DNA of 64,000 bases, from IMG/VR virus record IMGVR_UViG_3300006793_000013; one strand, written 5' to 3'. A model generated the notes under the pieces. That model was not told the origin of the DNA and did no database searches. It saw nothing but the letters and a program-made list of their open reading frames with translations. A program made the translations under genes and the position numbers. The stretch is from a virus. Shown piece after piece: positions 9,878-19,175 of this stretch (position 1 is the first letter of the stretch; each line of letters opens with the position of its first letter).

Positions 9878-10598
9878 TCATTACTCCCCATTGTCTTTCT
9901 TGACACCAAAAACATTTCTTACATGTTGGTACATATTGTCCGGGTGTGTATGTTTTATAATCTAGTCCTTTGAAGACTTCCGGATATTGATCGTTGTCAC
10001 CTTCGCAACTTCTAGTGATGTTTAACAACTCAGCAATATCATTTTTTATGTATTGTCCTATGACCCAATCTTTTTTACTAGCAATAAAAGGGTGACAAAC
10101 TGTTACGCCCATATGTGTCATTATAGCATCTATTGCCGGCTCTTGTCTATCACTCATTGCACCGTCAAATTCTACATCAGGATTTAGTGTAACGGCTGCA
10201 TACCATGCATCTAAGTTTACTTTGTGTGCAAGGTACTCGTTGAACGATCTTAGTATAATTCTGTTACCTGACTTCATTTTGCCATTTTCATCTTTAATCA
10301 TAGTGGTATGTGGCTCTTCAAGTTCAGGTGGAATAAAGTTAACGTGTCTTTCAAACTCAAGATCAGGAAAATGTCCTACAAACCAATCAAATACTTCTGC
10401 TGAAATATGCTCTTGCCATGGTCGTGATTTCCACATTCTAACCTGTGTACTAATGTGTACTTTACAGTTGTCATGTAGGTTTTGGCAAATTAAGTATGCA
10501 AGTAACGCACTATCTGCTCCACCACTTAAACTAATACCAACGTTTTTCCATTTTATATCCATTGGTAAGATCACATCGTCAATCTTTATTTTACGCAT
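9861..10598 (-). CDS. QueC-like PP-loop ATPase
   Basis: ISLSGGADS PP-loop; TRSC...CKKCFWC Zn-type motif; likely start ATG 10598. Confidence 0.75.
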   Translation of the reverse strand: MRKIKIDDVILPMDIKWKNVGISLSGGADSALLAYLICQNLHDNCKVHISTQVRMWKSRPWQEHISAEVFDWFVGHFPDLEFERHVNFIPPELEEPHTTMIKDENGKMKSGNRIILRSFNEYLAHKVNLDAWYAAVTLNPDVEFDGAMSDRQEPAIDAIMTHMGVTVCHPFIASKKDWVIGQYIKNDIAELLNITRSCEGDNDQYPEVFKGLDYKTYTPGQYVPTCKKCFWCQERQWGVMNAMQK

Positions 10599-10603
10599 AT
10601 TCA

Positions 10604-10609
10604 TATTTA
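10604..10609 (-). promoter_or_regulatory. Late promoter core TAAATA, 5 nt before ATG 10598
   Basis: TAAATA-TGAAT-ATG; back-to-back with 10642. Confidence 0.65.
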
Positions 10610-10641
10610 CCAAGTTATGTACACAGTTAATTTAGTTCCGG

Positions 10642-10647
10642 TAAATA
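10642..10647 (+). promoter_or_regulatory. Late promoter core TAAATA, 5 nt before ATG 10653
   Basis: TAAATA-TGCAT-ATG. Confidence 0.65.
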
Positions 10648-10652
10648 TGCAT

Positions 10653-11309
10653 ATGATCCAAAATACCAAATATACAGTATCTTTAGATGATATAGCAGGC
10701 GTAATGGGCGATGTGTATGATATTGGAAAGTTTGATATATCTGAGCAAACTGGCAGCTTCTTTTATGATCCTTGGCAGTTGAAGCCGGAGTTCTTAGGAA
10801 CAGCATGGGAAACTATTTGGAATAGTTTGCCAGAACCTAAAGGACAAGGAAGAATTATTATTTTAGAATCGCCTAGTTGTTATACTTCACATGCAGACAT
10901 TGACAATCGTTGGCATTTAAATCTTTGCGGAGATGAAGCCTACCTTATTGATTTAGAAAAAGAAGAAATGTTTAAGACTGTGCTTGACGGCAAATGGTAT
11001 GACATGGATGCTGGTGTTCCACACACTGCTATGAATATAGGTGCTGAGATAAGAGCGCAGTTAGTTGTAAGAAAATTACTACCTAAAAATATTATTAATG
11101 ATCCGCAACATGTTAGAATTGCAGGAGTCAAAGGAAACATACGATACGAGTTTGATAAACATTTAAGTCCTTGGTTAAACAGGGCAGCAAATAACACAAA
11201 AATTATTAGCAATGTAAAAGTTGTTAAGCAAGGCATAGAGTTTGATATTGAAAAGGGCTTGGTGCCAATAATCCCAGTACCACAACAAATGGAGTTAGTA
11301 ATACTATGA
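10653..11309 (+). CDS. AspH-like Fe/2OG cupin oxygenase with C-terminal extension
   Basis: SHAD...HL...PHTAMN facial-triad pattern. Confidence 0.65.
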   Translation: MIQNTKYTVSLDDIAGVMGDVYDIGKFDISEQTGSFFYDPWQLKPEFLGTAWETIWNSLPEPKGQGRIIILESPSCYTSHADIDNRWHLNLCGDEAYLIDLEKEEMFKTVLDGKWYDMDAGVPHTAMNIGAEIRAQLVVRKLLPKNIINDPQHVRIAGVKGNIRYEFDKHLSPWLNRAANNTKIISNVKVVKQGIEFDIEKGLVPIIPVPQQMELVIL

Positions 11310-12220
11310 AAATTTTAATGACAGGTTCCTCTGGATTTATCGGTCAAGCGTTAACTGAAAGGTTAAAACATTACGACATACATCACATGCGTAGTGACCT
11401 GAGAGATCATAAAGCAGTTGCAGACGAAGTACTTGCAGTTAACCCAGATCAAATTGTACACCTTGCTGCACGTACTGAAGTAGAACAAAGTTTTTATGAG
11501 CAAATTACATTTAGTGAAATTAACTATGTTGGAACTGTAAATTTAATTGAAGCAGCATCAAGGATAAAGCGTTTAAAGAATTTTGTGTTTGCTAGTACAA
11601 TGGAAGTATATGGTTGGCAACCTATTTCAGACGAAGTTGAAAAAGATGGTATACCAGAAAAATTTATAGCGTTTGACGAAAACACACAACCTAACCCTAA
11701 TGCACCATATGCGGTAGCAAAGTACGGGTGTGAAAAATATTTAGAATATGCAAACCGTTGTTTAGATCTACCTTTTACTGCATTTAGACAAACTAACTGC
11801 TATGGTAGAAAAGACAATGACTATTTTGTTACAGAGCAGATTATTAGCCAAATGCTTGAAGGTAAAGAATGTAACTTAGGTTATGCAGAACCTTATCGTA
11901 ATTTTATATATGTTACTGATATGCTTGATGCATGGGAAACTGTAATTACTAATCCAGACAAATGCAATAGCGGATTAATTTTTACAATTGGTCCTGACAA
12001 TCCTATTAAGATTAAAGACTATGCAGAGCTTATTGCAGAAAAGATTGGATACACAGGACCTATTAACTGGAACACAAAATTATTCCGAGCAGGAGAAATT
12101 TATTGGCTAAACTCTAACAATAAACTGATCAAAGAAAAACTAGGTTGGGAGCCTAAAGTTACGTTAGATGAAGGCTTAGACAGAACCATAGAATACTGGA
12201 GACAAAAACTTGAACGCTAA
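11306..12220 (+). CDS. NAD-dependent NDP-sugar epimerase/dehydratase
   Basis: TGSSGFIG, HLAA, STMEVYG, YAVAK (YxxxK), NCYG. Confidence 0.92.
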   Translation: MKILMTGSSGFIGQALTERLKHYDIHHMRSDLRDHKAVADEVLAVNPDQIVHLAARTEVEQSFYEQITFSEINYVGTVNLIEAASRIKRLKNFVFASTMEVYGWQPISDEVEKDGIPEKFIAFDENTQPNPNAPYAVAKYGCEKYLEYANRCLDLPFTAFRQTNCYGRKDNDYFVTEQIISQMLEGKECNLGYAEPYRNFIYVTDMLDAWETVITNPDKCNSGLIFTIGPDNPIKIKDYAELIAEKIGYTGPINWNTKLFRAGEIYWLNSNNKLIKEKLGWEPKVTLDEGLDRTIEYWRQKLER

Positions 12221-12902
12221 ATGGCAACCATATCTTAAACTAGATCCAGAAGGCTGGCCGTGTATGGCTCAGCAAACTTATGAACCTCTTATAAGTGAAG
12301 ACGGAACAACTTTTTGTAAGAATTATAATGTTGATAGCGAATATCAAAAGATGGAAAACAAACCAAGGCCACTTTACACTAAAGAAGTTGTTGATTGGTT
12401 TTTTCAAAACGAACTAACATACTTAGAGCTTTTTAAAGATAAAAAGTATGCACCAGAAGTTAAAGACATTGATTACAAAAATCAAAAGATTTATATTAAA
12501 TGGTATGGCAAGAGCTGTAACCAAATAATTAATGATCCTGAAATTAAAGAGTGGCCTGAGTATATGTGGCGTAGGCAAATTAGAGATATTATAGTTGACC
12601 AGTATGATGAAGGTATCTACAAGTTAACAATGTATCCACACTGTCACTATATTACAGATACAAAACAAATGAAAGCAATTGATTGGTACGGCTGTGTTCC
12701 TATTGACGATCCTTTCATTGAGCAAAAATATATGCAAGGTATTATACACGACACAGCACAATTTAGACTAGACGAAACAGGTGAGCCAATTGACGACAAG
12801 GTCAATTTAGAAATTATGTTTAAGCGTAGTCTAGGAGAACATGTTTTATGGGGAGATGAAAACATGAGTTACATATACAAGGAATTGTTTGGAGATGGCT
12901 AA
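12210..12902 (+). CDS. Kinase-like-fold hypothetical protein (paralog of 17138-17833)
   Basis: Shared blocks LISEDGTTFC / NEL...APEVKDID / YKLTMYP / KAIDWYGC; divergent catalytic motifs. Confidence 0.45.
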   Translation: MNAKWQPYLKLDPEGWPCMAQQTYEPLISEDGTTFCKNYNVDSEYQKMENKPRPLYTKEVVDWFFQNELTYLELFKDKKYAPEVKDIDYKNQKIYIKWYGKSCNQIINDPEIKEWPEYMWRRQIRDIIVDQYDEGIYKLTMYPHCHYITDTKQMKAIDWYGCVPIDDPFIEQKYMQGIIHDTAQFRLDETGEPIDDKVNLEIMFKRSLGEHVLWGDENMSYIYKELFGDG

Positions 12903-13473
12903 ACTAGTTGGTACAACTAAAGATGTTATAGACTGGGATCCTATAGTTGATCTGTGTGCTAAATGCACCACTGGCGATTATAATTCAGTTAAGACAGTTG
13001 TAGATCGTTCAGAAGGTAACTGGAGAGACAATCCAGAATTACTAGGCTCATATCACAATGTAATTGATACTTGGGATAAAGCAGGTTATAATTTAGATGA
13101 GATTCAATGGTGGGATTATTATCCAGGTGAACATTTCGATATTGAGATACAAAACAAGTTTGCTAAAATTATAGATGCAGAGCCTTTAAGAGTGTTTGTT
13201 AGTGATGTTGCTCCATGTAACAATGTTCCTTATCATTGGGACGTAGAAGATAAAGAAGAAGAATGGTTAAAACTAGGTGAACTTAAACGTTGGGTATGTT
13301 TTATGGACAAGCCACGTTGGGGTAATGTACTAGTGTTAGAAGAACAAGCATTTCATAATGTAGCACAAGGCGAAATATGGGAATGGGATAGTTATAGAAG
13401 CTATCATGCAGGAACTTGTATGGGTGTACATCATCAATACTTGTTTCATTTTTTAGGAAGGCCAAACAAATGA
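12889..13473 (+). CDS. Fe/2OG-type cupin oxygenase
   Basis: YHWD...YHAGT triad; tandem paralog of next gene. Confidence 0.65.
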   Translation: MEMAKLVGTTKDVIDWDPIVDLCAKCTTGDYNSVKTVVDRSEGNWRDNPELLGSYHNVIDTWDKAGYNLDEIQWWDYYPGEHFDIEIQNKFAKIIDAEPLRVFVSDVAPCNNVPYHWDVEDKEEEWLKLGELKRWVCFMDKPRWGNVLVLEEQAFHNVAQGEIWEWDSYRSYHAGTCMGVHHQYLFHFLGRPNK

Positions 13474-13997
13474 AGCATTTAGGTGTATGTAATACTATTG
13501 ATTGGGATAGTGTAATAGAACAATGTGCAAGTGTCGAACCTGAGTTTGTAGGACCTAGTCATAAGCGTGGTGACACTATTCCTGGACTAGATCCTATATT
13601 AGATATGTGGGAAGAAGCAGGCATTAAAACTGTACACGAAGGTGGCACAGCAGGTTGGGATATGTTTATTCCAGGTAAACAATTTGATCAAAGCATAGTT
13701 GATGCTTGGAACGAGTTTTACGGATTAGACTGTAAAAACGTGTGGATAAGTAGAATACACCCAGGACGTTTTGCACCTATTCATTGGGACGTACATGACA
13801 ACGAAGAAAACATTCCTGATTGTCCTAGATATCATTGCCATATAGGTAGTCCGCAATGGGGGCATATTTTTATTGCTGGTAATGATACATTTTATAATAT
13901 TCCACAAGGTGCAACTTACGAGTGGGAAGATAGAAAGATTTGGCACGCCGGAACAAATTGTGGAACAGTGCCTAAGTATATATGGAACGCATGGTAA
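13470..13997 (+). CDS. Fe/2OG-type cupin oxygenase
   Basis: IHWD...WHAGTN triad; ATGA overlap at 13470. Confidence 0.65.
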   Translation: MKHLGVCNTIDWDSVIEQCASVEPEFVGPSHKRGDTIPGLDPILDMWEEAGIKTVHEGGTAGWDMFIPGKQFDQSIVDAWNEFYGLDCKNVWISRIHPGRFAPIHWDVHDNEENIPDCPRYHCHIGSPQWGHIFIAGNDTFYNIPQGATYEWEDRKIWHAGTNCGTVPKYIWNAW

Positions 13998-14596
13998 TGG
14001 AAAACATTTTATATTTAGATCACCCGTGGATTTCTGTTTACACAGATGTTGTAGATAATGAAACCTGTGATAAGTTTGTTAAAAAATATACAGAACTAGG
14101 AATGAATCCTAATGCAGGGTTAGAATCTAGAGAACAAACATACGGACAAATTACTGAGGAAGTAGAACAACGTAGTATTAGTTGGGACACCTCAACTGAA
14201 GATAGACAATTTTTTAGAAATAAAATTTGTGAAGTATTAAAAATACCTGACAGTCATATTGAAGCTGGGGATATCTATAGATACGATACAGGCCAATACT
14301 TTGGACTGCACCACGACTTTCCATACACACCAGAAGACATTGCTTATTACGCAAAAGGAGGTGATAGAAAAGCAACTGCAATATTTTGGTTAAATGATGG
14401 ATATGACGGAGGCGAATGTAAGTTTCCAGAGTTAGGTGTTTGTGTTACTCCTGAAAAAGGAGGAATGATGTACTTTGAGTACGACTATGAAGATGAAAAA
14501 ATAAACAAAATGACAATACATGAAGGCATGCCAATTACTAAAGGAGCCAAGTGGATTGCTGCATTTTTTATTGCAAACGGTCCGAGGGTAGAATGA
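13997..14596 (+). CDS. Prolyl-4-hydroxylase-like 2OG-Fe(II) oxygenase
   Basis: YRYDTGQYFGLHHD, RKATAIFWLND...GGE..FP, IHEGMPITKGAKW. Confidence 0.88.
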   Translation: MENILYLDHPWISVYTDVVDNETCDKFVKKYTELGMNPNAGLESREQTYGQITEEVEQRSISWDTSTEDRQFFRNKICEVLKIPDSHIEAGDIYRYDTGQYFGLHHDFPYTPEDIAYYAKGGDRKATAIFWLNDGYDGGECKFPELGVCVTPEKGGMMYFEYDYEDEKINKMTIHEGMPITKGAKWIAAFFIANGPRVE

Positions 14597-15051
14597 ACGT
14601 TGTAGTATTAGGCGGAACAAAAGGAGTAGGGCAACTACTTTCAGCATATTTCAAACTTAAAAATGCTGATGTAAAAGAGTTTGGTAAAAACAGTTTATTT
14701 GATGAAGTAGTTGATGTTGCTAAAACTTGTGATGTTTTTATTTGCAATGCTTACGCAGATGGTAGGCAACTAAACTATATAGAAACACTAAAAGACTACA
14801 ACATAAAAATTATAGTAAGTGGTAGTATTGCAGCAGATTCACCTGATCCTGACATGCCTGTGTACAGTTTAGATAAAAAGAACTTACGTGAAAGAGTACT
14901 TGAGATATCTCAATCTCGTGATACATGCAAGGCAGACATATTACTACTAACACTAACAGGAACAGCAGTAAAAGAATATCAAACAATACATAACACAATA
15001 GACTATTGGCTAGAAAACAGTACAATCAACGAAATTAGATTTACAATATGA
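14593..15051 (+). CDS. Truncated SDR/Rossmann-fold oxidoreductase-like protein
   Basis: VVVLGGTKGVG, VFICNA, SGS, Y...K. Confidence 0.6.
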   Translation: MNVVVLGGTKGVGQLLSAYFKLKNADVKEFGKNSLFDEVVDVAKTCDVFICNAYADGRQLNYIETLKDYNIKIIVSGSIAADSPDPDMPVYSLDKKNLRERVLEISQSRDTCKADILLLTLTGTAVKEYQTIHNTIDYWLENSTINEIRFTI

Positions 15052-15623
15052 AAACAGTAATTACAGGACACACAAGCGGAGTTGGTAAAATACTTCATGC
15101 CTATTTTCAAGGAGAAGGTTTATCACGTTCTAATGGTTACGATATTGATAAAGATTTTGATAAAGTAGTTGAAGCAGCAAAAGGTGCTGACTTGTTTATT
15201 AACAATGCTTATAGAGATCAACAACAATTAAAACTGTTTCATGCACTAAAAGACCATGTAGGTAAAATGATAGTAATGGGTAGTATTAGTAGAATGTATC
15301 CTGAACTTATTCCTACTGACTATGTTCAAGACAAAGAAGCACTATACGAAGCATGTAGGTTACATAATTTACAACCAGACACTTGTCCTGTGTTACACCT
15401 TGATCTAAGTTTTATTGAACAAACAGATGTTAACTTCCAAGACCCTACAGCATTTACAAGCGATAACCATATTAAGTATACAGAGATTTTAGAAGCAGTT
15501 AAGTTTTGGTTAAAAAATCCTAATGTACAGAATATAGAATTTGTTTGGAAATGTACACCCTTTGTACGCAAAGAATTAGAAAGAATAAATCCTAACTTAG
15601 ACCCATCTCGGATAACGTTCTAA
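15048..15623 (+). CDS. SDR/Rossmann-fold oxidoreductase-like protein
   Basis: VITGHTSGVG, LFINNA, MGS, Y...K; paralog of previous gene. Confidence 0.65.
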   Translation: MKTVITGHTSGVGKILHAYFQGEGLSRSNGYDIDKDFDKVVEAAKGADLFINNAYRDQQQLKLFHALKDHVGKMIVMGSISRMYPELIPTDYVQDKEALYEACRLHNLQPDTCPVLHLDLSFIEQTDVNFQDPTAFTSDNHIKYTEILEAVKFWLKNPNVQNIEFVWKCTPFVRKELERINPNLDPSRITF

Positions 15624-16154
15624 GTTTTCCAAAAACTTATCAGCATGTATTTCCCATACAGTTTGATCTGTGTGTCTATAATGCACATCTTTTACTCTGC
15701 TAACAATTCCTATTTTTTCTAATGTAGGAAAGTAATAACTGTGAACTAGGCGTTGACTTGCTTCTTTGCTTTTATTACTTGTAGCATACATTTTTCCTCT
15801 ATTACCTACCCACTCTATACATTGTGGAAGTAAGAATTGGTCTGTTAGGTTTTGATGTTCAGCAACTAGTCTTTTAGGTGTAATAAGTCCTGTTGTTTTA
15901 CGTGCTTCAGCAAACGTACAAACTCTTGTAAGTATACGATAACCTCCAGGCATAACATCGTCAAAGCTGTGTGCGGCAACGCTTCCAATGGCTTTATCAT
16001 CTTGGTATAATATCCATGCTTCCCACTCGCGTTCATTGCGAAAGCAATCGATCATTGCTGCTTGACTACTGTTATTTTTAAATCCTCTACTCTCTGCTTC
16101 TGCGTAAAAGTCAGATAAGTCTAGTAGCTCGTTCCATTTAGATACTTTGTACAT
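15597..16154 (-). CDS. Hypothetical protein, possible GNAT-like fold
   Basis: WILYQDDKAIGSVAAH...RILTRVC pattern resembles GNAT beta-strands; weak. Confidence 0.4.
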   Translation of the reverse strand: MYKVSKWNELLDLSDFYAEAESRGFKNNSSQAAMIDCFRNEREWEAWILYQDDKAIGSVAAHSFDDVMPGGYRILTRVCTFAEARKTTGLITPKRLVAEHQNLTDQFLLPQCIEWVGNRGKMYATSNKSKEASQRLVHSYYFPTLEKIGIVSRVKDVHYRHTDQTVWEIHADKFLENLERYPRWV

Positions 16155-17148
16155 TTATTTTTCTCTTGTTAGGCAAAACCATCTCTGGTGTTTTAGTAAA
16201 GTCGTCACCGTTCTTAGGACACATTTGACATTGCTTAACTGATCTATATTTGTCTAAGTTAAATTGTGCTACTTCTTCGTCTGTACAAGTTTCTAAATCT
16301 AATGGTTTGTATTCTAAATACATTTGCCAATCAGGATCATCTAAACTATTATGATGTGATAAGAATCTATGCAGTGTTCCTAATGAACCACACTTCCATA
16401 ACTTCTTGTCATGCATATATGTACACCATGGACTACAGCAACCTCTTTTATATGATGATTCAGGATCGCCTTCGTTGTATGGTTTAGGTTTTCCAAATTC
16501 ATTAATGTAATGATGTTTTTGAAACACACCATACTGTTTATAGTATAAGCCGTGTCTTTCTTTTAAGAAAAACAAATCGTTTTCTAATCCATAGTTTACA
16601 TCTTCGTGTGTAATACTTAACAAGTCAAGCCAACCTTGAAACAAAGGATCTTGCTTTTCATTATTAAAATCAAATATTTCGTAAAACCAGTCTACAGCAT
16701 CTAACTGCGGGAATTGAATTTTCTCTTGAACTTCTATCGCTGCCTGCCTAACTCTATTTGATAATTTCTTATCTTCAAACTGTGCAAAGTGATCGCTAAC
16801 AATTAGTAATACTTTATATTTTTCAATTAACTCTACACACCATTCTTTATTCTTTGATAATAATGCTCCATTGGTAGGACACATGATAACTGTGTTAGGT
16901 GCAATAGACCTAATGTATTTTGCTAGTTCAACAATACGGTCCATATACAAAAGAGGCTCTCCACCTAGCAATGTATAGTTTTCAATTTCAAACTTCTCAC
17001 TTGCAAGTCTTATACCTTCTTTGATATTTTCTAAATCTTTGTCATACTCGCCTTTCCTAAATATATCGCTACGCACATCACATTGAGTACAGGTAAGGTT
17101 ACACATGTTTCCATAGAACACATCAAGTATTTTTAATTTAGGCTGCAT
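16138..17148 (-). CDS. Radical SAM protein
   Basis: CNLTCTQC, LLGGEPLL, TNG, LWKC, CQMC; likely start ATG 17148. Confidence 0.9.
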   Translation of the reverse strand: MQPKLKILDVFYGNMCNLTCTQCDVRSDIFRKGEYDKDLENIKEGIRLASEKFEIENYTLLGGEPLLYMDRIVELAKYIRSIAPNTVIMCPTNGALLSKNKEWCVELIEKYKVLLIVSDHFAQFEDKKLSNRVRQAAIEVQEKIQFPQLDAVDWFYEIFDFNNEKQDPLFQGWLDLLSITHEDVNYGLENDLFFLKERHGLYYKQYGVFQKHHYINEFGKPKPYNEGDPESSYKRGCCSPWCTYMHDKKLWKCGSLGTLHRFLSHHNSLDDPDWQMYLEYKPLDLETCTDEEVAQFNLDKYRSVKQCQMCPKNGDDFTKTPEMVLPNKRKINVQSI

Positions 17149-17833
17149 ATATTTGTTTTGCCTTTTCCATAGTACTATCTGGGAAGTTTGTTTTAAAACT
17201 GTCAAATGCTAGTTGTTGTATTTTAACATGTTCAGTAGGAGTATTAACATCAATACCTGCCGCTGTCATTTTAGGAAACAAGTCTGCTTGACGATCCTCA
17301 CTAATATGACTCATTACACTGCGTAAACTTATTGCAGGATCATTATCCTTATAACAGAAAAAATAGTTAATACTTTTTAATGTTCCGTCTACTACAAAGT
17401 AACTGCTAGGGTGCATACTATACTTGTATATACCTAAGTTTTTATGTGCTTCGATAATATCAAGCATTTGCTGTTCCCAATTGTCAACTACACTATAGTC
17501 TTTTCCTTCACAGCCGGCAAGTTCCCACATATCAGGACCGTCAATCTTTAAAAATAATTTTCTATTAACAAAGTCAATATCTTGTATTTCTGGAACATGT
17601 TGTGGATAGTGCATTTCCATTTCTTGTATAAAGTTAATCTCACGTAACCATTTTTCTTCCATTAGGTCAGGATCAACTACTTGATTGTGTCCGCCATGAT
17701 ATTGCTCATCATTATAGTACCATTGGCAAAATGTCTTTTTATCCTTACTAATCAAACTAGTGTATATTAGATTATTTCGGCATTGACCTTTTCCGGGAAC
17801 TGTGTTATAGTAATATTCAAAGTTGTTACTCAT
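17138..17833 (-). CDS. Kinase-like-fold hypothetical protein (paralog of 12210-12902)
   Basis: LISKDKKTFC / REINF...VPEIQDID / YKYSMHP / KSINYFFC. Confidence 0.45.
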   Translation of the reverse strand: MSNNFEYYYNTVPGKGQCRNNLIYTSLISKDKKTFCQWYYNDEQYHGGHNQVVDPDLMEEKWLREINFIQEMEMHYPQHVPEIQDIDFVNRKLFLKIDGPDMWELAGCEGKDYSVVDNWEQQMLDIIEAHKNLGIYKYSMHPSSYFVVDGTLKSINYFFCYKDNDPAISLRSVMSHISEDRQADLFPKMTAAGIDVNTPTEHVKIQQLAFDSFKTNFPDSTMEKAKQIYAA

Positions 17834-17838
17834 AGCTA

Positions 17839-17854
17839 TATTTAACGGTAAATA
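17839..17854. promoter_or_regulatory. Back-to-back divergent late promoter cores (TAAATA at 17839-17844 minus, 17849-17854 plus)
   Basis: TAAATA-TAGCT-ATG(17833) and TAAATA-TCTAC-ATG(17860); only 26 nt between the two start codons, no room for SD leaders. Confidence 0.75.
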
Positions 17855-17859
17855 TCTAC

Positions 17860-18675
17860 ATGATTAGAGGAATTGGCGGAAAGCCTTACATTAACTTAGA
17901 TCCATATTTAGATACATCATCTTTCAAAGATCTACATCCTGAGATTTCTAAAGGATTTGCACTAGCAAGAGACTATGCAAAAGAAGGAACTTGGATGGCA
18001 CCTGGCTTTGAATGGAAAGATTCAAGTTATATATTGAATTGGAAACCAATATACAAAGCTATGGAAGAATATGAAGCATTGCCTGATGACGATCCTATTA
18101 AAGTACATGGGCAGACAATACTTCCTAAAGATTTTGGCGACTATAAACAGCGTAATATCTTTACTCGTTACCTTAAAGCAACAATGGGTGCTAATGATCC
18201 ATACATTTATTACTTCCTTTGGAATGAAGGTGATTGGAATGAGCGTAATGCTGAAAGGCAGAAAACAGAAGAAAGCAAATACTTTACAGGTGTTGTAAAA
18301 TGGGTTGAAGATTTACAAACAAATAACATTATTGATCGTATAGGTAGAGTAATATTTTTTCATTGTGATCATAATGGCAGAGCATTTGAACACAGAGACT
18401 TAGACGCTAATAATGGAGTACATGATGATAAGCAATACAGTCCGCACAATAATGAATTTATACATATACGCTATCGCACAAAAAGAGGATTCTATATTTG
18501 GGATCCAGAGTCAGAAAACAAACATTACTTAAACTGTAATGCAGCATTTTGGAATGACCAAGACTGGCATGGCGGAGAAAACAGTGTAGAAGTTGAATAC
18601 GGTTTGCGTATTGACTGTAAGTTTACAGATGACTTTAGAAAGAAGTTAGGTATCGACCACTTGGAGAATTATTAA
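17860..18675 (+). CDS. Cupin/AspH-like oxygenase-type hypothetical
   Basis: EHRD...WHGG putative triad, LRID end motif. Confidence 0.55.
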   Translation: MIRGIGGKPYINLDPYLDTSSFKDLHPEISKGFALARDYAKEGTWMAPGFEWKDSSYILNWKPIYKAMEEYEALPDDDPIKVHGQTILPKDFGDYKQRNIFTRYLKATMGANDPYIYYFLWNEGDWNERNAERQKTEESKYFTGVVKWVEDLQTNNIIDRIGRVIFFHCDHNGRAFEHRDLDANNGVHDDKQYSPHNNEFIHIRYRTKRGFYIWDPESENKHYLNCNAAFWNDQDWHGGENSVEVEYGLRIDCKFTDDFRKKLGIDHLENY

Positions 18676-19175
18676 TGAAGTGGATTGGTAACTTTGAAAA
18701 AGATTTTAACCCAGCTCTAAATAAACTTGTAATGGATGCAAAAGGACAAGCCCGCCCTGGAGATTGGAAACCAATTAATGATGTTGAAAAAGAGCTTTGG
18801 GAAAAAGGCAAATCAACATTTGACTTTGGTAAAACAATGTGGTATGTTTACGAGCAACAAGATCTACAAATAGATTTAAAGTTTCCATGGACGTTTGGTA
18901 AATGCCATTGGTGGATTACTAAACTGCTACCTGGGCAAATGATGCCTATGCACACAGATCCTCTTACACACGAAGATCAAACATGTAAACGTTTTTGGGT
19001 ACCTTTACAAGATTATGTAGCAGGACATGTTTTTCTATACGGTAATTCAATGATAGCAAATTACAAAAGAGGTGATGTGTTTGAATATGAGCATTCGCAA
19101 GACGAACACGGTGCTGCTAATCTTTCTTTTGAACCAAGGCTTGTATTACAGGTTACTGAGTATACCAGTCACTAG
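18675..19175 (+). CDS. Fe/2OG-type cupin oxygenase
   Basis: MHTD...EHGAAN..RLVLQ. Confidence 0.65.
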   Translation: MKWIGNFEKDFNPALNKLVMDAKGQARPGDWKPINDVEKELWEKGKSTFDFGKTMWYVYEQQDLQIDLKFPWTFGKCHWWITKLLPGQMMPMHTDPLTHEDQTCKRFWVPLQDYVAGHVFLYGNSMIANYKRGDVFEYEHSQDEHGAANLSFEPRLVLQVTEYTSH

